Source of the DNA: an uncultured Faecalimonas sp.
GTDB taxonomy: Bacteria; Bacillota; Clostridia; Lachnospirales; Lachnospiraceae
Length of the DNA: 64,000 nt
Direction: 5' to 3'
Assembly: GCA_964540565.1 (NCBI GenBank)
Contig: CAZINB010000004.1
Coordinates: 862 to 64,861 of the forward strand
Made by a program: the position numbers and the translations under genes. This document shows, one piece after another, positions 20,865 to 30,856 of this stretch. The notes beneath the pieces were generated by a model. It ran no database searches. It saw only the letters and a list, made by a program, of their open reading frames with translations, and was not told the DNA's origin. How positions within the stretch are numbered: position 1 is the first letter of the stretch; the number at the start of each line of letters is the position of its first letter.

Positions 20865-20915
20865 TAACATATGTTAGTTAAGACTAACAAAGAAACAAAC
20901 TTAGGAGGGTTTTTT

Positions 20916-21470
20916 ATGGCAATAGAAAAAATGTTAGTGGAGCATTGTTCAGCAACTTTAGCGTCAATTAAAACTGCAAATCTATTTAATATGAAATTCT
21001 CATCCCAAGTAGAATTGGAAGAGCAATTTGCGTATTGGAATCTCTGCTTGGCAGAAAAAGGAATACGATTATTTGTATTGCGAATTCAAAATGGAATGGC
21101 GCTCGTGTACGTATATCGACAAAAACAACTTCATTATGATTTGAATCGCCCAGAAGTGGCTGATTTTCTGAAAACATATGGATATCTCTCGACAAACGTA
21201 GATTACGCACTTGAGCGTCTTCGTTGCAGAATTCAGTCTAGCGAAGTGTTTCCACATGAGATTGGACTTTTCTTGGACTATCCATTAGAAGATGTAAAAG
21301 GCTTTATTGAGAATAAAGGACAGAATTATAAATTTTCTGGTTTGTGGAAAGTATATTGTAATGAAGATGCGACAAAGAAAATCTTCCAAAAATATAAAAA
21401 ATGTAAAGATGTATATGCGAAACTTTGGCAACAAGGCAGAAGTGTGATACAGCTTACCGTTGCAGCATAA
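20916..21470 (+). CDS. DUF3793-family protein
   Basis: The N-terminal LVEHCSATLASIKTANLF segment resembles DUF3793 (from memory). GGAGGG RBS before ATG 20916. Immediately followed by a flavodoxin gene. Confidence 0.55.
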   Translation: MAIEKMLVEHCSATLASIKTANLFNMKFSSQVELEEQFAYWNLCLAEKGIRLFVLRIQNGMALVYVYRQKQLHYDLNRPEVADFLKTYGYLSTNVDYALERLRCRIQSSEVFPHEIGLFLDYPLEDVKGFIENKGQNYKFSGLWKVYCNEDATKKIFQKYKKCKDVYAKLWQQGRSVIQLTVAA

Positions 21471-21492
21471 AAATCTAGAAAGAGGTAATTGA

Positions 21493-21915
21493 ATGAGTAA
21501 AATTGCAGTAGTATATTGGAGTGGAACAGGAAACACAGAAGAAATGGCAAATTTAGTAGCACAAGGTGCAAAAGAAGCAGGTGCAGATGTTTCTTTATTT
21601 ACACCTTCGGAATTTTCAGCAGATTCCATGGACGAATTTGATGCAATTGCATTTGGATGTGCCGCAATGGGAGCAGAGGAATTAGAAGAAGTAGAATTTG
21701 CTCCAATGTTTTCGGAGTGTGAATCAAAATTAAATGGAAAGAAGATAGCATTATTTGGTTCTTACGGATGGGGCGATGGAGAATGGATGCGTAGCTGGGA
21801 AGAAAACTGTATCAACAATGGTGCTGTTATGGCGTGCGAGTTTGTGATTTGTTGCGGAAGTCCTGATGGAGGCGTGGAAGATGAGTGTAAAAATCTAGGA
21901 AAAGCACTCGTATAG
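21493..21915 (+). CDS. Short-chain flavodoxin
   Basis: 140 aa; FMN phosphate loop VVYWSGTGNTEEMA; SYGWGDGEWM. Confidence 0.9.
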   Translation: MSKIAVVYWSGTGNTEEMANLVAQGAKEAGADVSLFTPSEFSADSMDEFDAIAFGCAAMGAEELEEVEFAPMFSECESKLNGKKIALFGSYGWGDGEWMRSWEENCINNGAVMACEFVICCGSPDGGVEDECKNLGKALV

Positions 21916-21925
21916 GATAGAAAAT

Positions 21926-21962
21926 GAGTTGGCGATATGTTGATATGCCAACTCTTTTTTGG
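21926..21962 (+). terminator. Rho-independent terminator
   Basis: GAGTTGGC...GCCAACTC followed by TTTTTT. Confidence 0.8.
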
Positions 21963-22064
21963 TTATAAAAAGTTTATAAAAAGGTTATAATTAAGTGATT
22001 GTATTATTTGGTAAAAGGTGTAAAATGGAAAACGTTGTAAATAGAGAAAAAGAAAGGCGAAAAC

Positions 22065-25000
22065 ATGTTACAGATTAAGAAAATAGCAAAACAATATCGG
22101 ACAGGTGACTTAGTGCAGCATGCTCTAAACGGAGTCAGTTTAAATTTTCGAGATAACGAATTTGTTTCCATTTTAGGACCTTCAGGTTCGGGAAAGACAA
22201 CATTACTGAATGTTATCGGAGGGTTAGATCGATATGATAGCGGTGATTTGATCATCAATCATATTTCTACCAAGAATTATAAAGACAGAGACTGGGATTC
22301 TTATCGTAATCATACAATTGGATTTGTATTCCAAAGTTATAATTTAATTCCACATCAAACGGTTTTAGCAAATGTTGAGCTTGCTTTAACAATCAGTGGG
22401 ATTTCGAAAAAAGAAAGAAAACAAAGAGCTTTAGCAGCATTAGAAGAAGTTGGTTTGAAGGAACAGGCACATAAGAGACCAAATCAAATGTCTGGTGGAC
22501 AGATGCAGCGTGTTGCAATTGCAAGAGCGCTTGTAAATAATCCAGATATTTTGCTTGCAGATGAGCCTACAGGAGCTCTTGATACAGAGACAAGTGTACA
22601 GGTCATGAATCTGCTCAAAAAAGTAGCGAAAGATCGTTTGGTTATTATGGTTACACATAACCCAGAATTAGCAGAAGAGTATTCCACACGTATTGTACGT
22701 TTAAAAGATGGGGAAATTATTGGGGATACAGATCCATTTTTCCCAGAACAGGAAAAAGAAGTTCCAGCAGTGCATAAAAACATGGGAAAAGCAGCAATGT
22801 CAATTTGGACAGCCTTTTCTTTGAGTTTTAATAACCTTTTGACAAAGAAAGGTCGAACTTTATTAACTGCATTTGCAGGTTCCATTGGAATTATTGGGAT
22901 TGCATTGATTTTATCTTTATCAACTGGATTCCAAAATTATATCGATCAGATTCAGGAAGAGACTTTAACATCTTATCCTCTTACAGTTACTTCTGAGACT
23001 GCAGATACCATGTCTGCTTTGCTTACAATGGCATCTCAAACAGGTGAAGGCAATGGCACGGATGTTGTTTCGGAAAGACAATATATCAGCACGATGTTTT
23101 CAAAAATCGGAACCAATGATTTGACATCATTCAAATCATATTTGGAAGAGGAACAAGAGAAAGTAGATGATATGGTATCATTGGTGCGTTACCAATATAG
23201 TATTTCGCCTATGATCTATACAGAAAATCAAGATGGGAAAATCGTACAGTTAAATCCAAGCTCATTGTTATCATCGATCAGTGGTGGTTCCATGTCAGCG
23301 GCTAGCAGCATGATGTCTACCACAGCAAGCTCTGTTTTTAATGAAATGATTGATGATCGAGCTTCTTTAGAAGAACAATATGAAGTATTAGAAGGAAGAT
23401 GGCCAGAAGCATACGATGAGGCTATTTTAGTGTTACCTGAATCCAATGGAATGCCAGATATGTTGGTATATAGTCTTGGTTTACGTGATAGTTCTGAACT
23501 TACAGATATGATTTCAAAAATCATGGCAGGAGAATCTGTTGAAAATAAAGCAGAACCTTTGGAATTTACATATGAAGAACTGATGGAACTTCCATTGAAA
23601 GTAATTGATGCCAGTGCAACTTACAAATACAATGCATCTTATGAAATTTATGAAAGTATGTCAGAAGACACTGCATTTATGAAAGAAGCATACGATCAGG
23701 CAATGAATTTGAAAATTGTGGGAATCGTTTCAGCGAAAAAAGGAGTTACAGCATCTTCACTTACACCAGGGGTTGCTTATACAAAAGAATTGACGCAACA
23801 TGTGATGGAGAAAGCTGCTGAATCTGAACTTGTAAAGAAACAATTAGAAAACGAAGAAATCAACGTATTTAATAACAAACGATTTGATGATGAAAGTGAA
23901 GAAGCAGGACTTGATTTTGCAGATATGATTTCCATTGATGAAGAAATGTTATCCTCCGCTTTTGGTGCAGATATCAGTGAAGAAATGATTTCGAATATGA
24001 CACAAGGTTATATGACAGAAATTTCTAGTGCAATTACAGCTGATACAGCAAAAGCAGAAGCAGCATTTCAAGATACTTTGGTAACACTTACAAGTGGAAT
24101 GCTAAATGACTATATCGCATCTCATGGTAATCCACTTATGGATCAGGCTGCTATCATCAAAGCAAGTGAAGTAGATGGTGTGATTGCAGCTTATATGGCA
24201 AAAGAGGAAAGTCAGGTACTTCTTGCTGCTTTAGAAGAAAGCTATTTGATTCCAAAAGATACATTTGCAAATATGTATACAGAATTGATCAAAGGTGCAG
24301 TGCAAGGTTATATCGCAATGGCACCAATCGATGGAGTGGATACAGATGATATGTCTGCAGTATTAACACCAGAAGTTGTTGAAACTGTAGTGGCTGAATT
24401 TGTAGCGCAAGATATGGTTGTATCTACAAAGGAAACACTTGCTGCAAAAATGACAGAAGCGGTGATGCAAAAAACAATTCTTACAAAAGTAGGCGAATTA
24501 ACAGGAAAATTGATGCAAACGATGGCAAGTGCATTCCAGGTTGATCCAAGCCAGATTGCAGGTGCATTCCAATTTGATTTAAGTGAAGAAGAAGTGATGC
24601 GTTTATTTGAAACCATGTCAACAAGTGGAGTAGAGAAAAATGCAAATACAAATCTCATTTCCTTAGGGTATCAGGAAATGGATGAACCATCATCGATTTC
24701 ATTCTATTTTAAAGATTTTGAAGCAAAAGAAGCATTTATTGATTTCTTAGAAGATTACAATGATCAAATGGAAAAAGAAGACGATGAAAAGGTCATCAAA
24801 TATACAGACTTAACTGGTATTTTGATGTCTTCTGTAAAAACGATCGTAGATAGTGTAAGTTATGTTTTAATCGCATTTGTAAGTATTTCACTTATCGTAT
24901 CTTCTATTATGATTGGAATTATCACATATATTTCTGTGTTAGAACGTACAAAAGAAATTGGGGTACTTCGTGCGATTGGTGCATCTAAGAGAAATATCTC

Positions 25001-25259
25001 TTCTATTTTCAATGCAGAAACATTTATTGTAGGATTGGCTTCTGGTTTATTGGGAATTGGTGTAACTTTATTACTGTTGATTCCAATTAATCATGTGATC
25101 TATAGTCTTACAGGTAATTTGAATATTACAGCAGTGCTTCCAGTTCAGGGTGGCGTAGTATTAGTTGTTTTAAGTATTATTTTGACCTTGATCGGTGGAT
25201 TGATTCCTTCGAAACAAGCAGCGAAGAAAGATCCTGTGACAGCACTTCGAAGTGAATAG
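22065..25259 (+). CDS. Fused ABC transporter ATPase + MacB/FtsX-type permease with a very large extracytoplasmic domain
   Basis: N-terminal NBD (GPSGSGKTT, LSGGQMQRVAIARAL, LLADEPTGALD) and a first TM (LLTAFAGSIGIIGIALILSL). A non-hydrophobic, acidic insert of roughly 630 aa follows, then a C-terminal FtsX module (ERTKEIGVLRAIGASKRNI plus 3 TM). Confidence 0.85.
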   Translation: MLQIKKIAKQYRTGDLVQHALNGVSLNFRDNEFVSILGPSGSGKTTLLNVIGGLDRYDSGDLIINHISTKNYKDRDWDSYRNHTIGFVFQSYNLIPHQTVLANVELALTISGISKKERKQRALAALEEVGLKEQAHKRPNQMSGGQMQRVAIARALVNNPDILLADEPTGALDTETSVQVMNLLKKVAKDRLVIMVTHNPELAEEYSTRIVRLKDGEIIGDTDPFFPEQEKEVPAVHKNMGKAAMSIWTAFSLSFNNLLTKKGRTLLTAFAGSIGIIGIALILSLSTGFQNYIDQIQEETLTSYPLTVTSETADTMSALLTMASQTGEGNGTDVVSERQYISTMFSKIGTNDLTSFKSYLEEEQEKVDDMVSLVRYQYSISPMIYTENQDGKIVQLNPSSLLSSISGGSMSAASSMMSTTASSVFNEMIDDRASLEEQYEVLEGRWPEAYDEAILVLPESNGMPDMLVYSLGLRDSSELTDMISKIMAGESVENKAEPLEFTYEELMELPLKVIDASATYKYNASYEIYESMSEDTAFMKEAYDQAMNLKIVGIVSAKKGVTASSLTPGVAYTKELTQHVMEKAAESELVKKQLENEEINVFNNKRFDDESEEAGLDFADMISIDEEMLSSAFGADISEEMISNMTQGYMTEISSAITADTAKAEAAFQDTLVTLTSGMLNDYIASHGNPLMDQAAIIKASEVDGVIAAYMAKEESQVLLAALEESYLIPKDTFANMYTELIKGAVQGYIAMAPIDGVDTDDMSAVLTPEVVETVVAEFVAQDMVVSTKETLAAKMTEAVMQKTILTKVGELTGKLMQTMASAFQVDPSQIAGAFQFDLSEEEVMRLFETMSTSGVEKNANTNLISLGYQEMDEPSSISFYFKDFEAKEAFIDFLEDYNDQMEKEDDEKVIKYTDLTGILMSSVKTIVDSVSYVLIAFVSISLIVSSIMIGIITYISVLERTKEIGVLRAIGASKRNISSIFNAETFIVGLASGLLGIGVTLLLLIPINHVIYSLTGNLNITAVLPVQGGVVLVVLSIILTLIGGLIPSKQAAKKDPVTALRSE

Positions 25260-25288
25260 AGGTTAAGAAGGGAGCTATAAAATAGCCT

Positions 25289-27484
25289 ATGAAAAAAGTA
25301 GTAGAACTTGTAGAGAAAAATGATCTGATTGGACATTATCGTAGTATCAGTGATTATGATAATATGTTAAAACTGGCAAAAGAGTTGCTGGAACTTGTGT
25401 CAGAATGTCAGTTGCAGGATACAGAAGAAGGGGCTACTACTTTTTTGAATGTAGCAACAGCGTATCGAGCAGTGAATCAGCTTCCAGAAGCTTTGGAAAT
25501 GTATGAAAAAGCAAAACAGGTGTATGAAAGCCTTGGCAAAAGAGATGCAAAAGTAGCAGGACTTTATAACAATATGAGCATGGCTTATCAGAGTGCAGGG
25601 CAATTTGATAACGCAATCCGATGTCTCGAAAATGCGTTGGAGATCATTTTGCAAGTGGAAGGTGCAGAGAGTGAAATTGCAACCACCTATGTGAACCTTG
25701 CAGGAGTGTATTTTCAAAAAGGTGCGTATGATGCGGGAACAGAAGTTTTGGAAAAGGCAATTACTATTTTTGAACAGATGGAGGAAGCAGATGCTCATTT
25801 TGCAGGAGCTTTGGCATTGCTTGGGCAAGGATATTATCAAAAGCAGGATTATGAAAATGCAATTGCCTGTTATACGAGAGCTTTGCAAGAAATTTTAACC
25901 TATTTTGGGAAAAATGAGTCGTATGCTATTACCTGTGAAAATTGTGCTATGGTTTTGAAAGCAGCAGGTTATGAAAAAGAAGCAGAGCACCTTCAAAGGG
26001 AAGCAAAAATTACTTACGATAAGATTCGTGGTGTAGCAGAACCGATAAGTGGTTTGACGCTTTCTAAAAAGTATTATGAAGCATATGGGAAGCAAATGTT
26101 AGAAGAACAGTTTCCAGCATATGTGCAGCGAGCAGCAGTTGGCTTGGTAGGGCATGGTTCAGAATGCTTAGGATTTGATGATGAGATATCCCAAGATCAC
26201 GACTTTGGACCAGGATTTTGCATTTGGCTTACAAAAGAAGATTATGATGCTGTTGGAGAGCAAATGCAGGAGGCTTATGATAAGTTGCCAAAAGCATTTA
26301 TGGGATTTGCAGCGCGGAATACGAGTAAGCGTGGAGAAAACCGTGTTGGAGTTTTTGAAATACAATCATTTTATGAAGGATTTTTAGGAAGCGAAGCAGA
26401 GCTGGCAATGGCTGTAAATGGAGAAGTATTTGTAGACCCACTAGGACGGTTTACAGAAATTCGAAATCGTTTGAAAAAGGGCGATACATTTCCAATCTGG
26501 AAGCAGAAATTAGCAAACAGCGTTGCACTTATGGCTCAAGCAGGACAATATAATTATATACGCTGCTTGAGAAGAGGGGATGCAGTTGCGGCATCGCTCG
26601 CTTTGCATGAATTTATAAAAGAAAGTATGCATACAATCTATTTGCTAAATCACAGTTATATGCCATACTATAAGTGGGCATGGCGTGGCTTAGAGAAGGT
26701 AGAGCGTTTGAGTAATGTCAAAACGATGTTAGAGGAACTTTTGAAAACGGAAGAGAAAGAGCAGTTGATCGAAGAAATATGCAGTATCATTTTGCTGGAG
26801 CTGAAGCGACAACATTTAACATACGGACAAGAAACTTTCTTAGAAGACCATGTAAATCGTATTTTAGAAGCGGAGGATCATATGGATACAGTGATAGAAA
26901 AAATTGTAGCATTGGAATGGGAGATGTTCCAAAACACAAGAAATGAAGGCGGAAGAGCATCGTGCCAGGATGATTGGAAAACTTTCGAAATCATGAGAAA
27001 GAGTCAATACTTAACTTGGAACGAATCATTGCTTCATAGCTTTTACAGAGATTTGCTGGAAGGAAAAGAGGCAGGACGCAACTTGATCATGGAAAAGTAT
27101 GCATACATGATGGAATCTACAGAGCCGGAAGAATATGAAAAATTGAAAGCAGGTCTTCCAATGGTATCGGAAGAAAAGAAAGCGCTTTTAGAGCAGATTG
27201 TAGCAATTCAAGTGGATTGGAGAGAAGAATTTGCTAGAAGTTATCCACATTTATCGGGACAAGCACGTATCATTCGTACAGAAGAGGATACCCTTTTTCA
27301 AGTTTCTTTTGAAACCTATTTGAGAGGTGAATTGAAAACTTACTCGATGGAAACACTTGTACTTTATGGAAGACATGTGGTGGAATATGTAAAAGCTGGA
27401 AAAAATCTGACAGAAGAGATCATGAAGCATACCGTAGCTTTTTATGGTTATGATTCCCTTGCAGATGCAGAACTTAGAAGCTAA
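25289..27484 (+). CDS. TPR-repeat protein with C-terminal domains of unknown function (DUF4037-like and DUF4125-like)
   Basis: 731 aa. The first ~240 aa are recognisable TPR units (repeated A..Y...A......G.Y..A pattern). The central segment (VGLVGHGSECLGFDDEISQDHDFGPGFCIW) and C-terminal segment (LEWEMFQNTRNEGGRASCQDDW) resemble DUF4037/DUF4125 from memory only. Confidence 0.5.
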   Translation: MKKVVELVEKNDLIGHYRSISDYDNMLKLAKELLELVSECQLQDTEEGATTFLNVATAYRAVNQLPEALEMYEKAKQVYESLGKRDAKVAGLYNNMSMAYQSAGQFDNAIRCLENALEIILQVEGAESEIATTYVNLAGVYFQKGAYDAGTEVLEKAITIFEQMEEADAHFAGALALLGQGYYQKQDYENAIACYTRALQEILTYFGKNESYAITCENCAMVLKAAGYEKEAEHLQREAKITYDKIRGVAEPISGLTLSKKYYEAYGKQMLEEQFPAYVQRAAVGLVGHGSECLGFDDEISQDHDFGPGFCIWLTKEDYDAVGEQMQEAYDKLPKAFMGFAARNTSKRGENRVGVFEIQSFYEGFLGSEAELAMAVNGEVFVDPLGRFTEIRNRLKKGDTFPIWKQKLANSVALMAQAGQYNYIRCLRRGDAVAASLALHEFIKESMHTIYLLNHSYMPYYKWAWRGLEKVERLSNVKTMLEELLKTEEKEQLIEEICSIILLELKRQHLTYGQETFLEDHVNRILEAEDHMDTVIEKIVALEWEMFQNTRNEGGRASCQDDWKTFEIMRKSQYLTWNESLLHSFYRDLLEGKEAGRNLIMEKYAYMMESTEPEEYEKLKAGLPMVSEEKKALLEQIVAIQVDWREEFARSYPHLSGQARIIRTEEDTLFQVSFETYLRGELKTYSMETLVLYGRHVVEYVKAGKNLTEEIMKHTVAFYGYDSLADAELRS

Positions 27485-27558
27485 GTAATTGTTGACTTTG
27501 GTAATTCGATGTGGTAGAAATACTAAAGATAAGAAAAGAAAAAGGTACGGTGAACGAT

Positions 27559-29310
27559 ATGATTCAAGTAGAAAAATTATCTTATGAATTTCCAGATAAA
27601 GAGTTGTATAAAAAGGTGTCTTTTACGATAGAAGCAGGGGTACATTGTGCATTTATTGGAAGTAACGGAACCGGAAAAACAACATTAGTAGATATGATGA
27701 TGCATCCAGATAACTATTTGTATGACGGAAAGATTATCAAAGATGAAAATTGTAGATTTGGTTATGTAAGTCAGTTCTCAAGGGATGAAAAGGAACAAGA
27801 GGTTTCGGTGTTTGACTTTTTAAGTGAAGTTTTTGTGGCAAATCAGGAAGCGACAGCAAAGATTTGCGAAGAAATGGCAACAGCAGAAGAGCTAGACGGA
27901 CTTTTTGAAACTTATCAAAAACTTTTAGATGCATTCCAGGCCATGGATGGTGACAATTATGTAAGTAACATCCGCAAACAGTTGAAAGCAGCAGGAATGG
28001 AAAAACAAGAAAATATTAGCATTGCACAGTTAAGTGGTGGAGAATACAAGCTATTACAAGTAATGAAAGAAATGCTATTGCAGCCAGACTTACTTGTGAT
28101 GGATGAACCAGATGTATTTCTTGATTTTGAAAATCTAAACGGTCTTTGTGAGTTGATCAATGGATATAAAGGAACCTTATTAGTAATCACACATAATCGT
28201 TACTTATTAAATCATTGCTTTAACAAGATTTTACATTTAGAAAATACAGATATCCAAGAATTTGATGGTAATTATATAGATTATAATTTTGCATTATTAC
28301 AAAAGAAAGTAGAATTAGCAGAACTTGCAGCTAGAGATACGGAAGAAATTGAACGAACAGAAAAAATGGTAGATCGTTTGCGTACAAATGCTACGAATGC
28401 AAGCATTGCAGCGCTTGGCCGTGCAGTGCATGCGAAGCAGACACACCTTGACAGACTTCGTGCAAGAAGAATCAAAGCTCCATTTTTAGATATTCGTAAT
28501 CCGCAAATCGTATTTCCAGAAGTGGAAGTAGATGCAGAAAAAGTTGCACTCAGTGTCTGGGACTACGAAGTTGCATTTGATGAACTTCTTTTAGAAAACG
28601 TAAGTTTTGAACTTCATGAAGGAGAGAAGGTTGCAATCGTTGGTGCCAACGGAACAGGTAAGACAACGATGCTTCGCGAAATTTACAAAAATAAAAACGA
28701 AGCAATTACGATGGGAGAAGACGTAGAAGTAGGTTTCTTGTCTCAAATTCATGGGGAAATGTTAGATGAATCTTTAACGGTATATGAACAATTTGAACAA
28801 TTGGGATTTGAGTCGAAAGCAGAAATTCAAGAATATTTAAAAGGTTACTGTTTTGATGCAGAAGCACTTTGCAGTAAGATTGGACAACTTTCTGGTGGAG
28901 AACAAAATCTATTACAGTTGGCAAAAATCTGTGCGGGCAACGCGAATCTTTTATTGTTAGATGAACCAACGAGTCACTTGGATACTTATTCACAGATTGC
29001 ATTAGAAAAGGCAATCTCAGAATATAAGGGTGCAGTACTTATGGTATCCCATGATTTCTATAACATTGTAAACTGTGCTGATTATGTACTTTTTGTGGAT
29101 GACAAATCAGTGCGTCGCATGCGTATTCGTTCTTTCCGCAAGATGATTTATGAAAACCATTTCAATAAAACATATTTGGAATTAGAGCAACGCAAGAAAG
29201 AATTAGAAACAAGAATTTCTGCTTGCATCAAGGAAACCGATATAAAAACAGCAAAGAAACTTTGCGAGCAATTAGAAGAAGTTATCACAGAAATGAATAA
29301 CTGTCAGTAG
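27559..29310 (+). CDS. ABC-F family ATPase (two NBDs, no TM domain)
   Basis: Two Walker A sites (GSNGTGKTT; GANGTGKTT), two signatures (LSGGEYKLL; LSGGEQNLL), an inter-domain helical linker and a coiled C-terminal tail. The start is uncertain: ATG 27559 preferred over GTG 27511. Confidence 0.8.
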   Translation: MIQVEKLSYEFPDKELYKKVSFTIEAGVHCAFIGSNGTGKTTLVDMMMHPDNYLYDGKIIKDENCRFGYVSQFSRDEKEQEVSVFDFLSEVFVANQEATAKICEEMATAEELDGLFETYQKLLDAFQAMDGDNYVSNIRKQLKAAGMEKQENISIAQLSGGEYKLLQVMKEMLLQPDLLVMDEPDVFLDFENLNGLCELINGYKGTLLVITHNRYLLNHCFNKILHLENTDIQEFDGNYIDYNFALLQKKVELAELAARDTEEIERTEKMVDRLRTNATNASIAALGRAVHAKQTHLDRLRARRIKAPFLDIRNPQIVFPEVEVDAEKVALSVWDYEVAFDELLLENVSFELHEGEKVAIVGANGTGKTTMLREIYKNKNEAITMGEDVEVGFLSQIHGEMLDESLTVYEQFEQLGFESKAEIQEYLKGYCFDAEALCSKIGQLSGGEQNLLQLAKICAGNANLLLLDEPTSHLDTYSQIALEKAISEYKGAVLMVSHDFYNIVNCADYVLFVDDKSVRRMRIRSFRKMIYENHFNKTYLELEQRKKELETRISACIKETDIKTAKKLCEQLEEVITEMNNCQ

Positions 29311-29316
29311 TAAAGG

Positions 29317-29346
29317 AGAAAGTGGAATTTCCACTTTCTTTTTTTG
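29317..29346 (+). terminator. Rho-independent terminator
   Basis: AGAAAGTGGA-ATT-TCCACTTTCT followed by TTTTTT. Confidence 0.85.
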
Positions 29347-29379
29347 TTGCAAGTGCTATACTAAGTGCTAGAAAGAGAG

Positions 29380-30765
29380 ATGAGAGAAATGCGAGAACAA
29401 AAGAAGAAACGTTATGAAATGGATATGTGTAGTGGATCTGTATTGAAAAAGATGTTGCTTTTTTCACTTCCATTAATGCTTTCCAGTATTTTACAGTTAC
29501 TTTTTAATGCGGCTGATATCATTGTAGTTGGTCGGTTTGCAGGAGATGAATCGTTGGCAGCAGTAGGTTCTACAAGCTCTTTGGTAAACTTACTTGTGAA
29601 TTTATTTGTGGGATTGTCCATCGGGTCCAATGTATTGGTTGCAACGTATTATGGGGCAAAAGATAAGAAAAGTTTGGGGGAAACAGTACATACTGCAATT
29701 GCTCTGAGTGTGATTAGTGGTATTTTGCTAACAATCGTGGGTGTTTTAGGAGCTCCTGTTATTTTACAAATGATGAATACGCCAGAAGAGGTATTAAATC
29801 TTGCAGTTGTATATTTACGTGTTTATTTCTGCGGAATGACAGCAATGATGCTGTATAATTTTGGAGCAGCGATTTTACGAGCAATGGGAGATACCAAGAG
29901 ACCATTGTATTATTTGACGATTGCAGGTGTTGTAAATATTTCATTGAACTTGATTTTCGTAATTGTATTTCATTGGGGTGTGTTTGGGGTTGGCTTAGCG
30001 ACAACCATTTCACAGATTGTATCGGCAGCTTTTGTAATCCGTTGTCTGATGAAGAGTGAAGGAACAATTCGCTTAGAACTTTCTCAGTTGAAATTACATA
30101 AAGATAAACTTAGAAAGATTTTGCAAGTAGGATTACCAGCAGGCATACAAGGAATGCTATTTTCTGTATCGAATGTAGTTGTACAGTCTTCGGTAAACGT
30201 GTTTGGTGCAACGGTCGTTGCAGGAAATTCAGCAGCATTGAACATAGAAGGGTTCATTTATGCATCTACCAATGCGTTCAATCAGGGAGCAGTTTCTTTT
30301 ACTAGTCAAAATGTTGGAGCAGGAAAATATCACCGTATCAATCGCATTTTATTTGCATCAATTGGATGTGCGATGACCGTAGGAATGGTGATGGGATTTG
30401 GTGCAGTGTTGTTTGGAAATTCTTTATTGGGACTTTATACAGCAAGCCCAGCAGTTATAAAAGCAGGAATGCTTAGATTGAAGATTGTTGGTACTGCATA
30501 TGTACTTTGCAGCATTATGGACACCATTGTAGGAACATTAAGAGGATTAGGGTATTCAATCATGCCAATGATTGTGTCTTTACTAGGCGCGTGTGCATTT
30601 CGTATCGTTTGGATCATGACCGTATTCCAAATAGATGCATTTCATAAGATTGAAACAGTATATTGGGTATATCCAATTAGCTGGGCATTGACAAGTATGG
30701 CACATATTATTTGTTATATGATTGTATATCGAAAATTATCAAGGAAATGGAAGGTGAATCTTTAG
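29380..30765 (+). CDS. MATE-family efflux transporter
   Basis: 12-TM protein with a MatE-type N-terminus (LKKMLLFSLPLMLSSILQLLFNAADIIVVGRF) and an internal duplication. The start codon is uncertain (ATG 29380 vs GTG 29365). Confidence 0.85.
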   Translation: MREMREQKKKRYEMDMCSGSVLKKMLLFSLPLMLSSILQLLFNAADIIVVGRFAGDESLAAVGSTSSLVNLLVNLFVGLSIGSNVLVATYYGAKDKKSLGETVHTAIALSVISGILLTIVGVLGAPVILQMMNTPEEVLNLAVVYLRVYFCGMTAMMLYNFGAAILRAMGDTKRPLYYLTIAGVVNISLNLIFVIVFHWGVFGVGLATTISQIVSAAFVIRCLMKSEGTIRLELSQLKLHKDKLRKILQVGLPAGIQGMLFSVSNVVVQSSVNVFGATVVAGNSAALNIEGFIYASTNAFNQGAVSFTSQNVGAGKYHRINRILFASIGCAMTVGMVMGFGAVLFGNSLLGLYTASPAVIKAGMLRLKIVGTAYVLCSIMDTIVGTLRGLGYSIMPMIVSLLGACAFRIVWIMTVFQIDAFHKIETVYWVYPISWALTSMAHIICYMIVYRKLSRKWKVNL

Positions 30766-30856
30766 AAAATCTTTCGGATTTTCTAGAGATTCTTTTTAGA
30801 TTACAAGAGTATGATATCATCATACATGAAAGAACTGTAGAAAAAGGAGAAAAAGG

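Noticed and set aside
22484-22885. 133-aa minus-strand ORF
   Set aside because: It is antisense to the NBD of the ABC protein, so it is a shadow ORF.
25400-25888. 162-aa minus-strand ORF
   Set aside because: It is antisense to the TPR region of the 731-aa gene, with a Cys/Phe/Ile-rich nonsense-like composition typical of AT-rich antisense frames.
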